This document shows positions 57,714-64,000 of a stretch of DNA of 64,000 nt, piece after piece. Position numbers and translations under genes: made by a program. The DNA lies in the NCBI GenBank assembly GCA_002690045.1, contig NZDE01000011.1, forward strand, positions 88,582 to 152,581. The letters run 5' to 3'. Each line of letters opens with the position of its first letter. Positions within the stretch are counted from its first letter, which is position 1. The notes under the pieces are model-generated. The model searched no databases, was not told the DNA's origin, and worked only from the letters and a program-made list of their open reading frames with translations. This DNA is from Alphaproteobacteria bacterium (GTDB lineage: Bacteria; Pseudomonadota; Alphaproteobacteria; Micavibrionales; Micavibrionaceae).

Positions 57714-58571
57714 TTACCCGTTATATGGAATAACGCCCTTCTTCACTTCCGTCTGATTTGGCGCAACAAATTCTTGCACCTGCTTATGCGCTGCGTTGAT
57801 TAAGTCAAACTGGTTCGCATAATCCTTCGGGTTCATCGCTGGGAATACTTTAAATTCTAATGTCAGAGACTTTGTGCCCATGCGGTTCCATACGCGTTTA
57901 ACCATGTTATCTACATTGTGGTAACTGTAAAAACGGCGAAGCTCATCACTATCTGTTGCAGGCTTACCTTCAACTTCTTTCACACGAATAGCTACTGGCT
58001 GTACCATGACATCCTTTTCAAGCGCTACGGCTTTACCATCTTTATCTTCGGCATGTGCCCCAAATAGAAGGCTGATTAAGCCTGCGCGGAACTGATCCAC
58101 TGTTGCACCATCATTTGTTGTGCCTTCAGGGAACATAATAACATTTTCGCCCTTATTAAAGTTATTGGCAATCTTTGCCATAGACTGCGCATTAAATTCA
58201 CGTGAACGGCGTACGCCAATTAACTTCATAGACTTCGCAAGCGGTCCTATTACAGGCCATTTAAGAACTTCGCCCTTGCCAACAAAATTCCCTTCAATGG
58301 CTGCGCCCGCAACAACAGGATCAGCCATAGACATGTGGTTCATCACAAACCATGTTGGCTTATCCTTTTCAAGTGGCGCAGAAGCTTCGTTAAATTCAAC
58401 CTTGATGCCGATCAGGCGACGCATTGTATTATACACAAAGTTAGGGATCGCTGTTTTATTTTTAAAAAGCGGCTCAACTATTGTACTTTGCAGAAAAACT
58501 GCACCTGCTAAAAATGGAAATGCAAAAGCGCCAAGAGTTGCACGGCGCAATGAACGTAAAGTTCTCATCAT
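57714..58571 (-). CDS. lysophospholipid acyltransferase family protein (PlsC-like)
   Basis: HX4D block (NHMSMADP) and FPEGTT block. N-terminal hydrophobic anchor. Confidence 0.75.
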   Translation of the reverse strand: MMRTLRSLRRATLGAFAFPFLAGAVFLQSTIVEPLFKNKTAIPNFVYNTMRRLIGIKVEFNEASAPLEKDKPTWFVMNHMSMADPVVAGAAIEGNFVGKGEVLKWPVIGPLAKSMKLIGVRRSREFNAQSMAKIANNFNKGENVIMFPEGTTNDGATVDQFRAGLISLLFGAHAEDKDGKAVALEKDVMVQPVAIRVKEVEGKPATDSDELRRFYSYHNVDNMVKRVWNRMGTKSLTLEFKVFPAMNPKDYANQFDLINAAHKQVQEFVAPNQTEVKKGVIPYNG

Positions 58572-58673
58572 CTTTAAAAAAACTCCCTAAAGAATGCCTG
58601 TAATATTTTTTTTAATTTAATTGCTTGCCTTTTCATAAACAAATTCGTAGCAAGCTTCAAGGGTTTTTACACT

Positions 58674-59384
58674 TTAATCCGCCACAAAACGTTTATATTG
58701 CTTTTTACTTTTTGAAACATCTGCAGGCTTCAGGTAATTTGGCGCTGCATTTATTGCTATATATTGCTGCTCTACGCCGCTATTTTCAATATAGTTCACA
58801 GCTAACTGTCCAAGCATTAAGGGTGAGATATTACTAAAGCCAGATCTAAATTCCCAACCATCATTAATGTCAACGATATCGACCTTAAACTTATCAACAG
58901 CATTCCCAATAATTACACCTTGTTTATAGTTGTCTATAATACTTTTGACAGCTTCACCATCCAAAGCCATAGAGCCCCCCGCCTGTCCCCCGACATAAAG
59001 CTGTACAAAATAATCATTTCTTTTCGTATCCAATACGATCAAGACATTGTCATTTTCAGCATATTCATCGGCAAATTGCGCATATAAAACATCAAATGTT
59101 GTAAAACCTATGACCGGAACGTTCAAGGCGACAGCCAAGGCTCGTGCCGTTGACAGGCCAACCCGAATACCTGTAAATGCGCCGGGCCCATTAGTAACAG
59201 AGATACCATCAATATTACTAAAGCTAAGCCCCGCATCCGCGCATAGCCGTTTTACCATCGGAATAAGACGTTCTGATTGCCCATATTTTGCATCATCACA
59301 TATAGATACAGACAGCCCCGACCCATCACATAAAGCAATGCCGCAGCCAGATAGTGAGGTATCTATGGATAAAATCGTTTTCAT
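58674..59384 (-). CDS. tsaB: tRNA threonylcarbamoyladenosine biosynthesis protein TsaB
   Basis: ILSIDTSLSGCGIAL N terminus and GPGAFTGIRVGLSTARALA motif. Confidence 0.85.
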   Translation of the reverse strand: MKTILSIDTSLSGCGIALCDGSGLSVSICDDAKYGQSERLIPMVKRLCADAGLSFSNIDGISVTNGPGAFTGIRVGLSTARALAVALNVPVIGFTTFDVLYAQFADEYAENDNVLIVLDTKRNDYFVQLYVGGQAGGSMALDGEAVKSIIDNYKQGVIIGNAVDKFKVDIVDINDGWEFRSGFSNISPLMLGQLAVNYIENSGVEQQYIAINAAPNYLKPADVSKSKKQYKRFVAD

Positions 59385-59471
59385 ACTAAAGCTTCATAAA
59401 TAATTTAGGTTGTTAGGTCAAACTATATAGTCGTTAACGGTTGACAGATTAGGTATATATAATATGTTGTA

Positions 59472-60611
59472 TTGCATCAATATATATGGGGTAAAAAGGT
59501 GATAGGTAATTCACTATCCACAGCGCGTATTTATATACACCGTATAGGATTAATCGTTCTATGCGCCGCCCTTTGTGTAGTATCCACACAACGGCCTGCT
59601 GCCGCTAATTTAGATTACGTTCCCATTGATGTCGACCAACATGCCACCGTTGCCTATAGTTATTTCCAAATAGATGAAGACGCTTACCCTGATGCAAGCT
59701 TAAACTTTGAAAGCTTTTCGCGCCACGTTGAAATTATAAAGAATGAAGAATTTAACGTTGTTTCATTGCAAGATTTAGACGAAGACAAGAGCAGAAAAAA
59801 GAGAAATGCCTCGCCGAATATTGCAATCACATTTGATACTGGTCACCGGTCTATTTTGGATCAAGCTGTTCCACTATTACTTAAAGAAAAAATCCCATTC
59901 GCTATATTCATTACGCCAAGAGAGATTGATCAGGGCCTTCCTTATTTAATTCAATGGAGCGAGCTAAAGAAATTAGCGCGCAATCCGCTGGTTACTATCG
60001 GTATTCACAATGCTGAATATAAAAATATCAGCAGCTATAATGACCGTAGCGCACTGGAACAGTCGATATTAAGCGCAATAAGCCGTTACCGAGAAGTTTT
60101 TGGCACCTCGCCACTATATTATGCGTACCCCTATGGTGACCATGACAGCAACATCGCCAAGCTTTTGCGCGCGCAAGGTATAAAGCATGCTTTCGGTTTA
60201 CATTCTGGCGTGATCTACAAAGAAAGCGCACCTTATAATTTGCCACGATTTACCATGACCGACAATTACGGCAGTGGGCAGCGTTTTGTCGATACAGCGT
60301 ATAATTTGCCATTCCCAACATTCGACCCTATTCCCGAAAATACCGTTCTTAGCACCACACCTGATAGCTTAAGCTTTTCTATACCTAAAGCCATACAAGG
60401 CAGCGTATCGAGCTTGCAATGTTTCCATTCAGGTCTTGGGCGTATTGAGACCGAAGTAATTGGCGAAGAGCGTGTGCATATACCGCTAGGTGAGCTCGGT
60501 GAATTATCAGGCCGCGTACGCGTAAACTGCACAATAAATGCAGGATATGACGAAGACGCCGAACGCCAACGTTGGCGTTGGCACGGTATATTACTTCGCG
60601 TTAACGAATAA
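59472..60611 (+). CDS. polysaccharide deacetylase family protein (NodB homology domain)
   Basis: IAITFDTGHRS (TFDD-type motif 1) and IGIHNAEYKN (H-x-x-H region). N-terminal TM/signal. The track start is TTG and the true start is uncertain. Confidence 0.7.
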   Translation: MHQYIWGKKVIGNSLSTARIYIHRIGLIVLCAALCVVSTQRPAAANLDYVPIDVDQHATVAYSYFQIDEDAYPDASLNFESFSRHVEIIKNEEFNVVSLQDLDEDKSRKKRNASPNIAITFDTGHRSILDQAVPLLLKEKIPFAIFITPREIDQGLPYLIQWSELKKLARNPLVTIGIHNAEYKNISSYNDRSALEQSILSAISRYREVFGTSPLYYAYPYGDHDSNIAKLLRAQGIKHAFGLHSGVIYKESAPYNLPRFTMTDNYGSGQRFVDTAYNLPFPTFDPIPENTVLSTTPDSLSFSIPKAIQGSVSSLQCFHSGLGRIETEVIGEERVHIPLGELGELSGRVRVNCTINAGYDEDAERQRWRWHGILLRVNE

Positions 60612-60623
60612 TGGCTATTAGGC

Positions 60624-61631
60624 CTAAGCCTTCCAGAACCCCATAAGATCCATGACTTCTTTGATATGTGGCTCAGCGATTGCGTTTGCACGCTCTGCGC
60701 CCAATTTTAAATACGCATCAAGCTGTGCGGTATCATCTAGAAGCTCATTCATGCGTGCTGAAATCGGCGCAAGGTGATTAACTGCAACATCAGCCAAAGC
60801 TGGCTTAAATTCAGAGAAAGTTTTACCTGCAAATTCGGCCATAACTTCATCACCTGTTTTATCAGTCAACGTCGCGTAGATTGTCACAAGGTTCTTCGCC
60901 TCAGGACGCGCGTCCAAATCCGCGAATATTTCTGGTAAAGGCTCTGGATCTGTTTTGGCTTTACGAACTTTCTTAGCAATCGTATCCGCATCATCGGTTA
61001 GGTTAATACGCGTCATATCGCTTTCAGCGGATTTACTCATTTTCTGTGTGCCATCACGCAGCGACATGATGCGTGCCCCTTCTTCCAGAACAACGGATTC
61101 AGGCTCAGGGAAATAATCTTGGCCATAACGGTGATTAAATGTACCGACAATTTCACGTGCCAGCTCTAAATGCTGGCGTTGGTCATCCCCCACAGGAACA
61201 TGCGTTGCCTTATAGATCAAAATATCCGCCGCCATGAGTACAGGGTATGAATAAAGCCCTAGACCAGCCTTCTCACTATTCTTGCCCGCTTTATCTTTAA
61301 ACTGGGTCATACGGTTCAGCTTGCCGATTTGCGTCATTGTCGCAAGCAACCACATAAGCTGTGAATGTGCCGGTACAGCAGATTGCGCAAATAAAATAGA
61401 TTTATGCGGATCAACACCTGCCGCGATATAGGCGGCAGCAATCTCACGTGTGCTTTGCGCTAATTTAGCAGCATCATAAGGCACAGTAATCGCATGCAGA
61501 TCAACCACACAGAATAATGTTTCGTAATCTCCTGCATCTTGCAACTTTACCCAATTACGCAGCGCGCCAAGGTAATTCCCAAGGTGAAGCTGATTAGTCG
61601 GCTGCATGCCGGATAAAATACGTTTTGTCAT
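60624..61631 (-). CDS. trpS: tryptophan--tRNA ligase
   Basis: HIGH-type motif (QLHLGNYLGA), KMSKS motif, and GDDQRQH. Confidence 0.95.
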   Translation of the reverse strand: MTKRILSGMQPTNQLHLGNYLGALRNWVKLQDAGDYETLFCVVDLHAITVPYDAAKLAQSTREIAAAYIAAGVDPHKSILFAQSAVPAHSQLMWLLATMTQIGKLNRMTQFKDKAGKNSEKAGLGLYSYPVLMAADILIYKATHVPVGDDQRQHLELAREIVGTFNHRYGQDYFPEPESVVLEEGARIMSLRDGTQKMSKSAESDMTRINLTDDADTIAKKVRKAKTDPEPLPEIFADLDARPEAKNLVTIYATLTDKTGDEVMAEFAGKTFSEFKPALADVAVNHLAPISARMNELLDDTAQLDAYLKLGAERANAIAEPHIKEVMDLMGFWKA

Positions 61632-61643
61632 TACTCTAACACT

Positions 61644-63179
61644 CTATTTCTGTGGTTTTATAAAGATATGTTTGATAGCACGTATGTTGTAAATGCGCAA
61701 TAAAAACACCGCCGTAATATAGGTAATTATTCCGCTGCCAATCGCTACGAGCATCAATACAACATCATTCACAAAATTACTTAACAAGAAAGACACCATA
61801 TAGACAACACCTGCCATTATAAAGGCTGACAACACAAGCCGTATAATCCGCTTTATGAAGTCTGTATTAAGGTGTGTTTCTTCATACTGTTTCAAACGGC
61901 GCTTTAATAAGAAGAATTGCAGCCACCCAACTATCCCCGTAGATAGCGCGATGCCTGCCTCCTTAAACGGGAATATCAAAGCAATCGACAGGGCGATATT
62001 CAGCGCCGTTGTCACCATAGAGATTTTCACGGGCGTCCATGTATCTTTGTTTGCCCAATACACCGTAGACAGCACCTTACTCGCGACATAAGGCACAAGC
62101 CCAATGCAATAGCCCATTAAACAATAAGCCGCACGCTGCGTACTTTCACTATCAAATGCACCGCGCTCAAACAAGACAGATATAATCACTTCTGCGAGCA
62201 CAAAAAGGCCAAGCGCCGATGGTAGTGCAAGAAAAATGCAGCCTTCAATCGCCTGTGCAAAAAGCTTCTTGGCATCCCCCTGCGCTTTCTTGGCAAGCGC
62301 GGTTGATAACATTGGCAATAGCGCCGTCCCCATAGCAATACCAACAACACCCAATGGCAGCTGATTTAAACGATCCGCATAATACAGCGCAGATATTGCG
62401 CCTACAGGTAAGAATGACGCAATAATCATATCCGCAAACAGATTGATATGCATCACCCCCGCGCCGAGCACACCGGGCCCCATCAATGCGAAAACCTTTT
62501 TCACATCATCTGACATCGTAAATTTTGTATAATGCGGCTGAATTTTATTTTTAAATACCATCAACGCCATAAAGCCAAGCTGAATAATACCTGACAGTGT
62601 AATGCCAAATGATAGTGCATTTGCAACTTCCCATCCTTGCCATGATGCCGTTAACATCGCAGCAATCAAGGTCGCATTAAACAAAACGGGTGCTATTGCA
62701 AAAGGTGCGAAGCGGTTATGGGCATTTAACATCGCACCAAACATCGCCGTAATGGATATCAGCAATAAATAAGGGAAAGTTATACGGCAATATAGCACCG
62801 CCGCAGCAAAGCGTTCGCTCTCACGGTCAAAACCTGGGGCAATTAACGCAACAATATATGGCATAGCGAGAACGGCAAGAGTAACAAATATACCCAATAT
62901 AGAAGCCATTAATAGCAATATATGTGCTGAGAACTGCGCAGCGGCAGCCTGCCCGCGCGCTTCTTTGATCCCCGTATAAACAGGTACAAACGCTACTGTA
63001 AACGCACCTTCTGCGCTGATGCGACGAAAGAAGTTTGGTAATTTCAAAGCAACAAAAAAGGCATCCGCCAGCGGCCCTGCCCCAAGCAAGGCAGCCGTTA
63101 GAATGTCACGCACAAAACCCGCCAAACGGCTAAGTAAAGTTAATCCCGCGACTGTCGCTATGGCTTTAAAAAATTTCAT
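61644..63179 (-). CDS. murJ: lipid II flippase MurJ
   Basis: MKFFKAIATVAGLTLLSRLAGFVRD N terminus, typical of MurJ/MviN, and about 14 TM helices. The ATG at 63179 is preferred over the GTG at 63218. Confidence 0.92.
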   Translation of the reverse strand: MKFFKAIATVAGLTLLSRLAGFVRDILTAALLGAGPLADAFFVALKLPNFFRRISAEGAFTVAFVPVYTGIKEARGQAAAAQFSAHILLLMASILGIFVTLAVLAMPYIVALIAPGFDRESERFAAAVLYCRITFPYLLLISITAMFGAMLNAHNRFAPFAIAPVLFNATLIAAMLTASWQGWEVANALSFGITLSGIIQLGFMALMVFKNKIQPHYTKFTMSDDVKKVFALMGPGVLGAGVMHINLFADMIIASFLPVGAISALYYADRLNQLPLGVVGIAMGTALLPMLSTALAKKAQGDAKKLFAQAIEGCIFLALPSALGLFVLAEVIISVLFERGAFDSESTQRAAYCLMGYCIGLVPYVASKVLSTVYWANKDTWTPVKISMVTTALNIALSIALIFPFKEAGIALSTGIVGWLQFFLLKRRLKQYEETHLNTDFIKRIIRLVLSAFIMAGVVYMVSFLLSNFVNDVVLMLVAIGSGIITYITAVFLLRIYNIRAIKHIFIKPQK

Positions 63180-63253
63180 AGACACGTTATGCCATGTTTT
63201 ACCCGCATGGTCACGCACGCATCATAAAAAAGAGTTTCTTTATAAACAGTTGT

Positions 63254-63472
63254 TTACAAAGTTTGTTTTAATTCGGAAAGCTGTTTTAAAGATATTGAAT
63301 ATGTCAGTTCACGCACCTTAGCAGGGTTTAAGCCTGTCACTTTTTCACCACGCGCTAATTGTAGTGCATGTTCTAGGCGTGCCCCTTGCACATCGTTGAA
63401 ATCACGCTGCATTTCAGGTTTCATTGGCCCTACGCCACCACGTGTTGCCGATTTTATATGTTTTTTCGCCAT
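63254..63472 (-). CDS. hypothetical small basic protein (72 aa)
   Basis: ORF 35 nt upstream of murJ on the same strand. No recognisable motif. Confidence 0.35.
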   Translation of the reverse strand: MAKKHIKSATRGGVGPMKPEMQRDFNDVQGARLEHALQLARGEKVTGLNPAKVRELTYSISLKQLSELKQTL

Positions 63473-63568
63473 TTTACCCTCTCAAATAAACAATACGTCA
63501 CACTTTACATAAAACATAGCACATTGTCAAATAAACATAAACTACGCACATGCATCAAAGCACTTCTA

Positions 63569-63597
63569 TTGACAGGTCAAGTTTTCATATTTATAAG
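63569..63597 (+). promoter_or_regulatory. candidate sigma70-type promoter (TTGACA-17 nt-TATAAG) for the ORF starting at 63647
   Basis: Perfect -35 hexamer, 17-nt spacer and TATAAG read directly. Confidence 0.4.
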
Positions 63598-63646
63598 AAA
63601 CATAAATATAAATTATAAAAAATAAAAAAATATAAGGGACTCTGGG

Positions 63647-64000
63647 ATGAATCGTATTACTGCCAATCTGTTAACCGACCTTTTTAATCGTAGCTCTGAT
63701 ATACGCCGCATTAACCCGAAGGAAGTGTATATACAATATGATACGGAGACTGGGGCAGAAATGACCCTTCGTCCATTCACCCCCGAAGCTGCCGCTGAGT
63801 ATTTAACCTATTTCGTGAACGACAATAAACACAGCCTATTTGACCCTATGCGCCTTGCAGGCGGTGTACAGTCAAACACTGAATTTCAGGCACCACTCAC
63901 ACTTGTCTTTAATGGCATGTTTCGTGACACAGCATTACGCAGAGAATATAATGTGCCGCTTGCAACATACCGCTATGCGCCTAAAACAAAAGAGTCTGTA
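63647..64000 (+). CDS. hypothetical protein, 5' part only (runs off the window)
   Basis: Hand translation from the ATG at 63647 gives 118 codons without a stop (MNRITANLLTDLFNRSSDIRRINPKEVYIQ...). It is not in the ORF track because no stop lies in the window. No motif recognised. Confidence 0.45.
   Translation, partial: MNRITANLLTDLFNRSSDIRRINPKEVYIQYDTETGAEMTLRPFTPEAAAEYLTYFVNDNKHSLFDPMRLAGGVQSNTEFQAPLTLVFNGMFRDTALRREYNVPLATYRYAPKTKESV

Overview
This window looks like a core chromosomal segment of an AT-rich alphaproteobacterium. AT-richness was judged by eye; GC was not computed. The taxonomic call rests on family signatures (DUF4167, TIGR02302/DUF4175, MucR/Ros, an MJ0042-type zinc ribbon upstream of ftsEX) and on alphaproteobacterial gene order. 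The two syntenic runs are ubiG | lysC ... prfA-prmC-DUF4167-clpB and tig ... clpP-lon-hupB-tRNA-Val ... tRNA-Asp ... nuoA-G. About 60 protein genes and 4 tRNAs (Asp-GTC, Val-TAC, Leu-TAG, His-GTG) are supported, and nearly all are housekeeping. I saw no transposase, integrase, phage gene, CRISPR array, rRNA or long repeat. I also found no clear multi-gene novel system such as defence, secretion or toxin-antitoxin. What stands out is a set of lineage-specific genes sitting at breaks in otherwise conserved synteny. (1) A secreted S8 subtilase with large unknown flanking domains, plus a glycine-rich membrane ORF, lies between tig and clpP. clpX is absent between clpP and lon. (2) An internally duplicated HExxH (zincin-like) lipoprotein sits where nuoH would be expected, and the nuo operon stops after nuoG. 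(3) A Cys-rich secreted ORF is embedded between nuoF and nuoG. (4) A two-module pentapeptide-repeat protein lies beside etfBA. (5) A MurC-like ligase is stop/start-coupled (TAATG) to clpB. (6) Several housekeeping proteins carry low-complexity C-terminal tails: trigger factor (AKKP-rich), ClpP (KD repeat) and the zinc-ribbon protein (His/Asp-rich). (7) The MucR/Ros homologue has two of its four zinc-ligand positions substituted. Expected neighbours (clpX, nuoH-N, glnB, glnD, argJ, hisC, argH, ptsP) are missing locally. That would fit a streamlined or host-associated lineage, but it cannot be established from one window. All product calls come from reading the supplied translations for motifs; no database search was run.
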